Positions 13,537 to 26,026 of a stretch of 64,000 bases of DNA are shown in pieces (positions within the stretch are counted from its first letter, which is position 1; every line of letters starts with the position of its first letter). This stretch comes from Lama glama. Taxonomy: Eukaryota. The notes beneath the pieces were generated by a model. The model was not told where the DNA came from and made no database searches. It saw nothing but the letters and a program-made list of their open reading frames with translations. The stretch spans positions 71,178,001-71,242,000 of the forward strand of contig CM052817.1 of assembly GCA_028534125.1 (NCBI GenBank), read 5' to 3'. The position numbers were made by a program, and so were the translations under genes.

Positions 13537-14330
13537 GAGCCATTATGAAAACAGTATGGAGATTCCTCAAAAAACTAAAAATAGACTTACCATATGATCC
13601 AGCAATCCCACTCCTGGGCATATATCTGGAGGGAACTCTAATTCAAAAAGATGCATGCACCCCATGTTCACAGCAGCACTAGTTACACTAGCCAAGACAT
13701 GGGAGCAACCTAAATGTCCATCGACAGATGACTGGATAAAGAAGTGGTGGTATATTTATACAATGGAATACTGCTCAGTCATAAAAAGAATAAAATAATG
13801 CCATTTTGCAGCAACATGGATGGACTCAGAGATCGTCATTCTAAGTCAAGTAAGCCAGAAATAGAAAGAAAAATACCATATGATATCACTTATATGTGGA
13901 ATTTAAGAAAAGAAAAAAAGGACACTGAACTCATCTGCAAAACAAACTCACACACACAGTGAACAATCTTATGGTTACTGGGGAAAGAGGTGGGAAGGGA
14001 TAAATTTGGGAGTTAGAGATTTGCAAATGTTAGCCACTATATATAAAAATAGATTTAAAAAAAGGTTTCTTCTCTACAGCACAGGGAACTATACCACTAT
14101 ACACAAAAATAGATTTTAAAAAAGGTTTCTTCCCTATAGCACAGGGAACTATATTCAGTATCTTGCAGTAACCTTTAATGAAAAAGAATATGAAAAAGAA
14201 CATATGTATTTATATGCATGACTGGGACATCGTGCTGTACACCAGAAGTTGACCATTGTAACTGACTGTATTCCAATTAAAAAAAAGATAGGTTCTCTAA
14301 AATAAGTAAATAAATAAATAAAAAGAATAA
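13537..14330 (+). mobile_element. L1 (ORF2 end, 3' UTR and A-rich tail)
   Basis: catatgatccagcaatcccactcctgggcatatatc...gcaacatggatggac...acagggaactatattcagtatcttg; internal 60-bp duplication. Confidence 0.92.
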
Positions 14331-14532
14331 AATAATGTGTTTTAAATTCACCTGTATTTTGAAATAATTATTTCTGAACAAGTTAAATAGAAAGTTTTTT
14401 GTTTAAGATTAAGTTGATATGGATACAAGATTAGAAATGTATTAATATCATTTTAAATGTCATTGTAAATGGTGTTATAAGCTGCAGAACATTGAAAAAT
14501 TAGCACTTCTATTGGTGCAAGTTTTTACAAAG

Positions 14533-14891
14533 TGCTATGAATTGAACCGTGTCCCCCCAAAATTCATACACTGAAGCCCTAACTCTCGATGTATTTGGTG
14601 ATGGGGCCAGTAATAGGCTTAGATGAGGTCACAAGGGTAGGGCCCTCATGATGGGACTAGTACCCTTATAAGAAGAGGTACCAGAGAACTTGTTCTCCCC
14701 GAATTCCCCTCCCCTCACCATGTAAGGAGACAGCTGTCTGCAGGCCAGGAAGAGAGCCCTCACTATAGAAAAGTGTTGGTCAAACCTTGATCTTGGGCTT
14801 TCCAGCCTTCAGAACTGTAAGAAATAAATTCTTGTTGTTTAAATCACCTAGTCTATGGTATTTCGTTATAGCAACCTGAGCAGACTAATAC
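14533..14891 (+). mobile_element. MLT1A/MST-type MaLR LTR
   Basis: tgctatgaattgaaccgtgtccccccaaaattcata...ctatggtatttcgttatagcaacctgagcagactaataca. Confidence 0.85.
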
Positions 14892-15414
14892 ACAAGCAAG
14901 CAAAAACTCAATAATAGAAGAAACAACATCAGAGTCAAACCCAAAATCCATGTGTCGGGGCCACCGTCTCCTAAAATTTGTAAACAGATATACAGAAAGC
15001 TTAGAAAAAAATGAGATTGGGAAAAAGAATTTTAAAAACAAACCAAATCCACTATGCATGACTACATGGAAATATTACTGATTTCACTTTTTGATTTAAG
15101 CAACTGCTCTTCTCTTGATGCTTTATGTGTTATTATCTTTATGGGCAGTCAAAATCTAAAGAGTCACCTGGACTGAGACAATGACAGCTCTTTTCTACAT
15201 ATCTGTCTTAATTTGATGTAAATACTTCCAAACAGCAATTTTTTTCACCTGAAAGACACTGAAACAGATGAGAAGCAAAAGGGGAAGGCTGCTGAGTCAC
15301 AGAAAGATCTTAGCACTGAGTTCTGTAGGAGACGCAGTATAGAATTCCAACCTGCTTTCCCATGAGGCTTTAAATTCCTGATTATTGATCGCCAAAGGGC
15401 CCTTATGCTACTTC

Positions 15415-15457
15415 GTTTTTGTTTGTTTGTTTGTTTGTTTGTTTGTTTGTTTTTTTA
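15415..15457. repeat. (GTTT)n microsatellite
   Basis: About 8 tandem GTTT units, visible directly. Confidence 0.9.
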
Positions 15458-15459
15458 GT

Positions 15460-16150
15460 ACATTCACGTTCCCATTTTCCTCCAGTCTGCAACTCCCATC
15501 TTCCCTCTCAGGTGACAACCTTGATTCCTACTTTACTGAGAAAACCACGGCAATCAGAAGAGAACTTGAACATTACCCACCTAATGGCCTCTGTGCCCAT
15601 ATCCTCTACCTTTGTTCTTCTTAACAGGGAAATGTTATCTGTGCTCTTGGCCAATCTCTCTATTTATTACTGGAACTTACCTAAGGACACTCCTCTCACT
15701 TACCTAAGGATATAACTAAAATAATTCTCCTTCCTTTCTCCCTCATCAGTGTTTTTTACTATCCACTGTATCATTTTCAAAAGCATACAAATATGCTATT
15801 ACTTTTCCTAACAAGTCAAAAGCTGTTTTTTCCATGACCTCCCCCATTTCAGTTAATAGCAGCCCCATCCTTACCATTATTTAGGTTAAAAACTTTGGAA
15901 TCATTTTTTACTCTAATCACACCCTCCTTCTAAGCCATCAGCAAATCCTTTAGGCTCTTCCTCCTAAATATATCCCAAATCCAAACACTTCTCACCACTT
16001 TTATTGCTACCAACTTGGACAAAACCACCACCATTTTTTGTGTGAATTCCTGCACCTGTCACTCTCCCTCCATTCTTGCTCCCCCACCTCCCATGACTCT
16101 TTTTATTCTCAGCACATCAGCCAAAGGGATCCTGTTAAGACTTCTATCAT
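15460..16150 (+). mobile_element. L2 fragment
   Basis: cctactttactgagaaaa...gcaatcagaagagaactt; ccatcagcaaatcc; cacttctcacca. Confidence 0.65.
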
Positions 16151-16999
16151 TGAATGAATTGACTTCTTCTTAATTCCAAAAACATTTTACAAGTCAATTT
16201 TGTCTTCTATTTTTCAAAAGAAATCAGAAAATTTTCTTCCTCAAACTTTTTCTGTCAGGGAGAAAAAAGCTAAGAAAAAAGTAGTGACCATCAAATTTGT
16301 TCCCCTAAATAACTTTATGTCACTCTCAATAAAGCCCTGTTCCTGCCCTAGGGAGGATGGTTAGAGAGAGCTGGTCTCCATAATGCTGATCCCTCCATAG
16401 AGCAAAGATAACTGAATGCAACATGTCTGTGTCCTTTAATCCAACACCTCTCCTTACCATTAAGTCTTTTTTTCTTTTTTAAGACTCCCTTGACCTCTTT
16501 ACTGCAACTATTAAACACCCTTTAATCACCATGCTCCTCTAGTTTGGGGATTTGTCTGTTTCTGTTTGGTTCTGATTTGGTCACTTACATTTTAAAATCT
16601 AGGAAAGGCTGAAACAGTGTTCCAGGGACACTTCTCAAGTAATGGTAATTAAAGAACAATTTTCTGTATGTTGGAATGATCAACCATGGTGACTTAAAAC
16701 CACAGTCCTATGAGCAGACAGTACGTACTAAGCCACAGCAACATTTTCACCGAAGCACATCATTTCCTAAATTCTCAAGTTCATTTGTGTTTTATGCTGG
16801 AGACCTTGCTCAAAACTCCAAACAGTAAATTTAGTAAGGCTTGTGGAAGAGAAGAAGATTAAGCAAAAGGAAAGATTAAAATGGCCTTTTTAACAAAAAT
16901 AGTATCCATTCATTTAGAGATAATTCAGAGATATGTTAAATCTAAATAAACTCTAGAACTCTCAGCTCATAATGAATTTATTATCCAACTCTTTCCTGT

Positions 17000-17460
17000 C
17001 TTGGTAAATGGAAACTACATTCTTCTTTTGGCTCAGGCCAAAACCTTCAGAGTCATCCTCGACTGGCCTTTCTCCTCGGGGCCTTTATACTCGCCGTTCC
17101 CTCGGCCTGGACTGTTCTTCCCCTAGATCATCACAGTATCGCCTTCACCATTTCAGATTTCTTCTAAGGTATTATCCTATCCGTGAGGCCTTCCCTGAAC
17201 AAACTACTTAAAAGAGTAACCTGCCTCCCAACACTGCCACGGCCATTTCCCCTGCTTTACTGAGAAGCCACTGGCACACTTCAGACCCACACACACTGCA
17301 GACGTGGCTAATTTTACTTGTTCTTCAATTTGCTGTCTCTTCCCACCAGAATGTAAGCTCCATGGACAGGAATTTTGTCTGTTTTGTTCACTGCCAAGTC
17401 TCCAGTTGGTAGGAACACCTGACACATAACAGGCACTCAAATATTTGTTTAATGAATGGG
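17000..17460 (+). mobile_element. L2 3' fragment
   Basis: agaatgtaagctccatg...gacacataacaggcactcaaatatttgtttaatgaatg. Confidence 0.75.
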
Positions 17461-18559
17461 GATGACTAAGTAAAACTATGGCATCTGCCTCAGGAAAGGC
17501 AACCATTTCATCTTCAAGTTATTCACTTATGCCTCCTAATAAGTTCCACAAGGACAAAAACATCCTTCCTGATTGAATACCGGTGGTAACATTTAGGCAC
17601 AATTTTAAGAAGGAATGATATTTAGCACTTCATTGCATACAACATATAGCTCATTTTTTCCTTCCAATAACAGAAAACTAGAAATTATTTTAAGAATTAC
17701 AGGCAGCAGGCTGCATCACAGTTTTACATGACATAGGTTCCTTTTAAATTCACCTACATACAACCTGGCTTTACCATTAAAGTCATTAAGTTTCCTATTA
17801 TTTTGAACTGCCAAGTATTAAATTAACTAGGCCCAGGCTTTGCCCACTTTTATTGGAAACATGACCTCCCAAGTACTATTTTGAATTTCAAGAAGTCCAA
17901 GTACTTTATCTGAATTATTACATTTAAGCATTCAAAAAAGTCAACTGTTTCAAAAGAAAGACCTCTGCCTGAAATACTGAGTTATTATTACCAACAATGC
18001 CACTGAACAAGTTCTCAGCTTCAAACAGAATTAAAGTCAAAAACTATAAAAAAAACTAAATCAAAAGAATAATATTAATAGCAACTAACCATAAGGAGGC
18101 AGCGTCACTGGTATCTGGGAGAAAACAATTCCTATCAAGTATTGATAGAATCATTTTCTTGAAGAGTTATCAGAACTCTTTCTCAACAACTGAGTACACC
18201 AAAAGTCTGTACAAAGGTCGCAATTTATTTTCTGTAGCTTTGCAGGAAGAAAAAGAATGTTTAAACCAATTCTTAAGTTAAAAGAGCATGACTTTAAAAT
18301 TCTCGGTATGTTTTGCATGTTCAGCTGAGTAATTTAAAGGAGCTAAAATACAGAGTTAAAACCAATCTGTTTCACTCCATCCCCATAATACACGTATGTC
18401 ACTAAGTTCTTGGGCAACTTTCCTGCAATTGCACAAAAAAAAAAAAAAGTACTCAGAAGCAATGAACAACAACGGAGAGTACACTCTCAGGCGATCTGCC
18501 ACATTCTAACAATAGTGGTGAGAACCTCTAAGCAAGATTCTGGCAGTGGTTAAGTTTTC

Positions 18560-19330
18560 CCACGGCCAGAGGACACCGCCAAGGTCTGCCCGGCACCTAC
18601 GCCTCCATGACCCTCGGTCCCCCCAACAGCGCTGAAAGCACGGGCCTCGCAGGGCCTGGGTTCCCTCTTACCGTCACTGCACTTATGCTGGCAGAGCCCG
18701 TCCTCGCCTCCCAGGAGGTCCAAGGCGGCGTTCAGGTACGTGTCTATCTTGTGGACGCCGTTCCGGATGGTCTTCAGGGTGGCCCTCCAGTCGGTGGTCT
18801 GGGCCTGCTCCTGGCACGTGAAAGCGGCGGTCAGGAGGAGGAGGAGGGTGAGCGCAGGCCGCGGGAGCGCGGCCATCCGAGCAGCGCCCGGCGGCGCCGG
18901 GCCTCACGGGTCCCCGGAGCCGCGTGACGGCCGCACCCCCACGGAGCCCTCGGGACGCCCTAGGCAGCGGCGCGGGCCCGGGGCTCGGAGGCGGCGGCCG
19001 GTTCCATGCCCACGCCTCCTGCCCCTCTGGGAGGCGGGCCCTCGCCGCCTGCACTGAGCTCCGGGAGCCGACTGTGCAGTCGCCGAGATGCTCCGCGCGG
19101 CGCACGCGCTCACCTGCGCCGGCCGCTCCCCTGTGCGCCTGCGCCGGAGCGTGGTGCGTCAGAGGCGCGCGGAGGCGGGAACGCGGAGCGGCAGCGGCGA
19201 CCACCGCGCCCACGTGGTAGTCTCGGCGTGCCGCAGAGGCTGTCCCACCTGGCCCGCGTTAGTACTACCTGAGGAGATGATTGTACTAACTGAATACCCT
19301 TGCCCAGCCCAATACCCGAGGGAGGCTAAT
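18560..19330. promoter_or_regulatory. CpG island / PLA2G12A promoter and first exon
   Basis: Only strongly GC- and CpG-rich block in the window; NRF1-like TGCGCCTGCGC (19134-19144), half-CRE TGCGTCA (19155-19161), E-box CACGTG (19211-19216), GC boxes; no TATA box seen. Confidence 0.88.
18672..18876 (-). CDS. PLA2G12A: PLA2G12A exon 1 CDS (signal peptide and N-terminus)
   Basis: ATG at 18876; MAALPRPALTLLLLLTAAFTCQEQAQTTDWRATLKTIRNGVHKIDTYLNAALDLLGGEDGLCQHKCSD; donor G|GTAAG at 18671; 205 nt, ends in phase 1. Confidence 0.97.
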
Positions 19331-19395
19331 TAAGTTCGTCCGGGTGTCAGTGGGCATGGGTATTTTTTAAAAGCTCCCTGGGTAGGTACAGCATG

Positions 19396-19408
19396 CCGCC
19401 AGGTGGCG
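19396..19408 (+). promoter_or_regulatory. Putative CTCF site
   Basis: CCGCCAGGTGGCG closely matches the CTCF core CCASYAGRKGGCR. Confidence 0.6.
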
Positions 19409-20869
19409 ACCCCCCGTGACCTCATCTGACCTGTCGGGGTGCAGTCCAGCCACTTCGAGGGACAAGCTTTTCTGGATGTAGACAATGTCTGCGAGAAATG
19501 AGCTCCCGCAGCCCCTTACAGAGAGGGGCTGAATTGCTGGTTTGAAATCGTGATTCTGCCTGATACGTGAGCTGAATCCACATCTCACCTCCTCGCCCGG
19601 TCCTCTTCAACTGAGGTGGCCGCGGTTGGAGGATCAGGGAGCTGGAACATGTCAACCCGGTGCCTGGCTGAGGAGGAGCTAGATGCTGGTTTAGAAACTT
19701 TGAAGAAGAAAATGGTTTGACAATAAAAATCATGAGTTCTTCCCCGAAAAGGGAGAAGTAGTACTCTGCACTTGAATGCAGTTTGGGGGAAAAAAAAAGG
19801 AAATCCGTTTTCCTACTCAAGATACTTTGTAGCTTGATAGCTACAGTGACATTTCTCTGTATTTTTTCCCAGTGCTGTGCAGAATCCTTAAAAAATAACT
19901 GCAGTAATTTTTACCAGCGCTATAAATATCTGATAATCATAATACCCCGGCAGTCACCAAGAATTTTACTGTATGATCCAGGGCAATATTGCAAGTGTTG
20001 AGAATAGATATGTCTTTTCTATAAGAATTACTGGTTAATTTTAGTTTGGCGTTTTGTGTTTGCAGTGAGCTTCATGGGTTTATAACAAATTTGCAGTGCC
20101 CCCCCCCTTTTTTTCCAGCAACTGTGAAGCTGGAGAGATCCCTGCCAGAATGAGGACACGGAGTCTAATTGTCCTTCCAGCCCCTCTCGACCCTACCTGG
20201 AAGCTCCTCAATAAAATGATTTGATCCCTGCCCCGCAAAATGTGCAGTGCAGATCTCATTAAAATTATATCCTTTATTAAGCGGTTACTCTGTGCCAGGC
20301 ATTTCAAGTACTGGATATCTCACATTCAAACACCGCTTTTCAGTAATACAGCCTTTGGATGAGTTAAAAACAGAAAAAAGTGTCTCTCTCTCCCCAGACA
20401 GATGTAGCCTAACCACAGGCTGGGTTAGTGGAGAGTGAAATGGCTTTAGTTTGCCCTCAGGTGCTCAGGCAGGCACCCTTGGGCTGTGATCAAGTCACAC
20501 CACAGTGGAGGAAGAGGAGAAACATGCTTGGGAGGTATTATCATTTTTACAGTAAAGGAGTTGAGGTGCCAGCAGAGAAGCCATGTGACAGTATCCAGTC
20601 AAATCAAGGCTTCTTTCTGCTCTCACAAGATGCCAGAGATTTTCTTCTTAATTTTTGGACTGCACATTTCAGCATGTTCAGAAAAGGAAATATAGTATCT
20701 TTTTTTTTTTTTAAGCTTTCTGGAACTTTGGTTTTCTCATCTTTAAAGCGTGGATGTTGGATTAGATTACCTCTGAGATTCCACCTACCTCCACCACTGG
20801 AACCCTTAAACCAGGCTTGGTTCTTTCAAATCTTCAGATTCTTTCAATTCTTCAAGAAAACTCTCTGAA

Positions 20870-21430
20870 GGAAGCAGTGGAGATGTGGAAAGTGGTCACA
20901 TTCTAGACAAAGCTTGACGCTAGAGCCAACAGGACTTATCAGTGGATTGATTATGGTGTATAAGGGAAAGCAAAGAATCAAGGATGACATTGAGGTTTTG
21001 GCTTAAGCAATTGGAAGGATAAAGTGTCCTTACTAACTAAAATGGGGAGGATTCCAAAAGGAGCAGGTTTCAGGGAAAATTTAGAAGATTAATTTCAGAC
21101 ACACCATATTTGAGAAGTTACTCTGAATGCGTAGTTCAGAAGTGGGATAAGAGCTAGAAATAAATTTGGAAGTCATCAGCACAGAAACGGCTTGTAAAGC
21201 CATGGAACTAGAGGAGAGCCTCTGAAAAGTGAGTGTGTAAAGAGAAGTAGAAACAAGGTCTAAGTTGTAGGAGGTCAGGTAACTAAGAATCAGTAAAAGA
21301 GACTAAGAAGGAGCAGCCACGTGCAGCAGGCGAGTGTTGTATTTCAGAGTGTCTAAGAAAGAACCATTGATTCAGCAGGGTGGGAGAATGTGAGGACAGG
21401 ATATTGATCAGTGGATTTAATAACTTCACA
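20870..21430 (-). mobile_element. L2 fragment
   Basis: aagaatcaaggatgac...tttggcttaagcaattggaaggat; gctagaaataaatttggaagtcatcagc. Confidence 0.7.
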
Positions 21431-22238
21431 AGAGGCATTTCTGTGGAATACTGGGGACAAAACACAATTGTATTCCGAGGAAGAAAAAATGGGAAGAGGA
21501 ACTGGGGAAAGAAATTATTGTCAAAATTATCAAAATAAATTACAAAAATATAAAATATGCTGTTTCTGTGCTGATTCTTGTCTAAGTGATATAAACGCTC
21601 CTGGAAGGGGAACTTCTGGGTGGCTGAAACCAGGCTGCATTTTCTATAGAGAGCTTCCCAGTACACTGATAAGCATAATCACTTAGATACCCCTTCTAAA
21701 ACCCAGTGGTTCCAACATCATGGAATGTAATGGTATTAATGAAGTAAGGAAGAGCAATTTATTGGGTTTAATGAAACACATTAACTCAGAATGCTTGGAA
21801 ATGAAGATATTATGCAATCCTTTGGGTTGTGTGAAATAATACAGAATCAACAAAATACAGATGGTCAAGGGCAGTTTCTAATTTTCAGTCTTTTCCAGTG
21901 TCTCACTAAATGGTATCAGAAGTGTTATTGTGCTGAAAATAAATGCCACGTGGTGAAATAATCCCAACCATAATGATCAATCTCTGCCTAGTGCTACAGC
22001 TGGAAGGTTAGTTTCTAAAAGGGACTCATATTAATAAGTGCTAATAAGGAAATAAGTGCTAGGTTCTAGCCTCTGCCTTAAAAAAAAAAAATCAATGGCT
22101 GAATAGCTTTCCAGCTGGGGATGAAGTGAATGACAAGAAATGGCTGCATAAACTCTATGAACAAGGGCTGGTTCCATGATTTGTTGAAGGTAATGACTCT
22201 TTGCTTGGAGAGGTCTATTATCACACAAATTTGATCAG

Positions 22239-23068
22239 TGTCTTAGTCTGTTTGGGCTGCTATAACAAAATACCATAGACTGGGTGGCTTATAAACAATA
22301 GAAGCTTATTTCTCACAGTCCTGGAGGCTGGAAGTTCAAGATTAGGGTGCCAGCATGGTGGGATTATGGAGAAAGCCCTCTTTGGGGTTGTAGACTGCTA
22401 ACTTTTTGCTATGTTCTCATATGGTGGAAGAGGTGTGGGATCTCTAGGGTCTCTTTTATAAGAATACTAGTCCCATTCATGAAGGTTCCAACCTTGTGAC
22501 CTAAACACCTCCCAAAGACCCCAGATTCCTAAAACCATCACACTGGGCATTAGGGTTTCAACATATAAATTTTAAGAAGTTAACCTAAAACAACAAAACA
22601 GCCAGTTATGTGACCAGCAAAACAGGTTTATTCAGAAAAAGCAAAGAATTTCAATTCAGGACATGCCTCTACGGCCAACCATATGCAAGTCCACATGCAA
22701 GCAAAGGAAAGGAAACTCTTTTATAGGAGAGAAGGGGAGGTTGGGAGGAGCTGTTATAGACAAAAAGTCCATTGGAGGAAACTAAGGGTTTGAAGTATAG
22801 TAGCTTTTCATTGGCTGAGTTGTGACAGTCTCTCATTGGCTGAGCTGTTGCCCCGCAAGAAGAAAATCTTTTCCCTCCTGCTGGCAGTAGTAAAGTAGTG
22901 TCATTTCCTGCTGGAAATGTAAAGTAGTCTTTTCCTCTTGGGATCTGTACTATTGATTGACATACAGAGTGGTATGTGTGTGAGAGCTTGCCCTTCTTAC
23001 TTCCCATTTTAGTGAGATTTCCCTTTTTTAATTTTCACAGGGTGGACACAAACATTCAGACTATAACA
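22239..23068 (-). mobile_element. MLT1A-type LTR split by a nested ERV LTR (~22578-23039)
   Basis: tgtcttagtctgtttgggctgctataacaaaatacc...tttcaacatataaatttt resumes as gggtggacacaaacattcagactataaca after a ~460-bp insert. Confidence 0.8.
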
Positions 23069-24092
23069 ATCAGGGAGAGAGATTTTCAAGTGATCTTTGT
23101 AGATAGAATGTATGATTACTCGGCACTCAGAATAAACACTTGGAGAAGATGGAAAGGAACCTGCTTAGGTGAGATTGCATTTTTAGACCATCAGAATCAA
23201 TTTAGGTGTGTGGTTTTTCTATGTAGGGTTTCTGGCTACTTTGACGTCTCTGGTTGATTTTTAACTTCTTATTTTCTACTGCATACTATGTATCTTCCCT
23301 GGGCTCCCAGAGACAGCACGGCTTCAAGACATCCTTAACTAACTAAACCTACTTCTTTTCCTCTCTTCCCTTTATTTCTGCAATCAATGGCAACATCAAT
23401 CACCCCATTGTCCAAGAGAAAACCTGGGAATTATTCTAGACCCCATCCCGCTCTGTCATCTCTTCTGTCCCCAGATGTCATCTATTTCACTTCTTAGCAT
23501 ATCTAGAACAGTGCTATCACCTTTAAAAGTGCCCTGCTTTGGTTTCTACCTTCATCATTTTTCATTTGTATTACTCCAGTAATCTCTTAATTCTCTTCCC
23601 TACCTCATCTCACCCCCTCCAATACGTCTCCCTCGATGCCTCTAGCATGAACTTTCCAAAATCCTTCAGTGGTGCTAACTCTGGCATGAGGCCCTCCGTG
23701 ATTTGGCTTTTCCTCCCTCTCCAGCTCCTCAGCTGTGCCCTGGGCTCCAGTCATGAGGAACTGCTCTCTGTCCTCCTGAGGCTGAAGTTAGTTCCTCAAG
23801 CCACAGGGCTTTGCATTTGCATCTGCCTGGAAAGTTCTTCCATAATTCAGATTAGGCTCACCTTTGGGGAAGACTTCTTGGACTGTAAAGGCTGATTTAT
23901 GAGTCTCCCATGAGGTTTCCTTACCATTGTATCTAGCAAAATACAGCTTTATAATTTATTTTTCCATCTCCCTCATAAGATGATGAGTTCTGAGGCCAGG
24001 CTTAAATACGGTGATGGCAGAGCTCTGACGTCTCGTGAGGTCTGTTCGTTGACCACCTTCAGGGAAGACCATGCTAATTCTCAGAAGCATAA

Positions 24093-24154
24093 ATGGCAAA
24101 GGGTGAAGCAGCGATGGCAAAGGGTGAAGCAGAGATGGCAAGGGGTCAAGCAGC
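24093..24154. repeat. 21-bp minisatellite, about 3 copies
   Basis: atggcaaagggtgaagcagcg / atggcaaagggtgaagcagag / atggcaaggggtcaagcagc. Confidence 0.9.
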
Positions 24155-24696
24155 AGTGCCCAGTGCCGCTTCTGCATTACAAGCTGTACATGGAGCCTGG
24201 GGCCCAAGCTGGTAGCTGTGGGAGTCTCTGATAAGCAGGTCTATGATGGTCTCTGCAGCCTCCAACTCTCTAGCTTTTCAGGAGACTCTCTGAACTGCAT
24301 GATATTTTTGAATAAATCTATTTTTTCATTAACCCAATTCCATTGGCTTCTGTGGTGTGTGAGCAGGAGCCCTCACACAGACCTGTGGGAGAGCCCCGGA
24401 GTCACATTATCCTCTTCTGCTGTTCCAGGTCTCTGCCACACGGGTTCGCTGTAGAGAAGCTGGCTCTTCATTCTTCATGCCCCATCCTGGTCCACGCTGT
24501 TGTGAGGCCTCCAGATCTTAGGTCACTGTCCGAACTGGTCCTTCCAAAGCCCACGATGCCACACCCTCCTAGATCAGCTGAATGTGCCCATGTGATGGGT
24601 TTCTCAGCTTGCAACCCTTAGTACTCTTTTTTTTGTCTCATACACAGGTATCTGCTAAGGTGCCACATGCTTCAAGTTTGCTGGGTCAGGACAAGG

Positions 24697-25183
24697 TGAT
24701 GGTTTTAAAACATGCCACAAATTCTTTGACACCCTTCCCATCAAGAGATGGACTATAGTTCCTCCCCTAGAACCTGGTCAGGTCTTTGTGATGAAAGTGA
24801 GGCTAACTGACTTCCCAGGCTGGGTTAAAATAGTCAGTGCAGGTTCTGCAGGTATTCCTGGGACAGCTGTCAGCTGCTGTGTAAGAAGTCTGGTGCCCCT
24901 GAGTCGCCATGTTGACAGCCCACGTGGAAACACCATATAGAGCATAGAGAGAGATGACTGAGAACTCCAGCTGTTGAGTCCTCCCACCTAGGCAAGAGAC
25001 ACGTGAGTGGAGAAGCCTTGGAGATGATGCTTGTCCTAGCCTCGTCTGATGGCAGCTGGATGAGAGGGTGGAGGACTGCCCCACCGGCCCAGTCAATCCC
25101 CGGGTGCAAGAGCAAAATCATAAACAAGTGCTTTGTAAATCACTACACAGTGATTTCTTACACAGCCATAGATAACCAAATAC
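24697..25183 (+). mobile_element. MLT1F/G-type MaLR LTR
   Basis: ccacaaattctttgacacccttcccatcaagagatgg...tacacagccatagataaccaaatac. Confidence 0.7.
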
Positions 25184-25224
25184 TCTCCTGAACTCAGTAA
25201 CAAAAGGAATTAAAAATCTGGGCA

Positions 25225-25405
25225 GTATGGGAGGGGAGAAGGAGTTACTGCTTATTGGGCACAGAGTTTCAGTCTGGGAAGATAAAAAATTTCTGGGGAT
25301 GGTTGCATAAGAATATGAACGTGCTTCATGCCACTGAACTGCACACTTCAAAATGGTTAAAATGGTAAAATTTTTGTTATGTATATTTTATCAAAATTTT
25401 TAAAA
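25225..25405 (+). mobile_element. L1MB-type 3' end
   Basis: gggcacagagtttcagtctgggaagataaaaaatttctgg...gccactgaactgcacactt...aatggttaaaatggtaaa. Confidence 0.8.
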
Positions 25406-26026
25406 GCAAAAAATCTGGGCAGTAACTGATTTTGGAATATGTGTAGAAATGGGCATCATATTATTAAAATTTATATTATTAAAACATTCATATTATTATT
25501 AAGGACTCTATCCAGAACTGGACCCCAGATTTCGATGGTAATATTTATGTGAAAAATATACCTCTGCCTTCAGAATGATGATAGCTGTGGTTTAAAAAAA
25601 AGATAAAAGCAGCTAATGTTTATTAACTGAGCACCTTTTATGAACAAAGTGCTACGGGTGCCAATAGAAGGAAGACAAAGTCTCTAAAGTGTCTTACGTT
25701 GGAGTGGGGGCAGGGGGTGCCAGCTGGGTGAGTATCTACAGGGAGAGGTGGACAAATGAAAACAGAGTATGTTGGGTGATGACAAGCGCTATGCTGAGAT
25801 TAAAGCAGGCTCATGAGATAGAGGGATGGTGTCCACTGCACTTTGGGGCCATAGAAGATTTATTAAGGAGGGAGGAACAGGTTTAAGAAGTGGCAGAACT
25901 TTGGGTTGGCCTTGTTTCTTTGGAAATGCGATTAGATACCCAGAAGGAGGTGTTATGTACTCAGTGAGATACACAGCCTGGAGTTCCAGGAAAGGCCAGG
26001 GTTGGAGACACAAATTTGTGAGTCAT

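Noticed and set aside
18607..19333. Many overlapping long ORFs on both strands, up to 176 aa
   Set aside because: Expected in a GC-rich CpG island where stop codons are scarce; low-complexity Ala/Arg/Pro/Gly translations. Only the PLA2G12A exon 1 frame is recognisable.
20428..21686. 146-aa and 127-aa intergenic ORFs
   Set aside because: Overlap MIR/L2 remnants, mostly non-ATG starts, and have no recognisable domain or exon structure.
24093..24154. CRISPR-like repeat or repeat-encoded protein
   Set aside because: Contiguous tandem units without spacers in mammalian DNA; a simple minisatellite.
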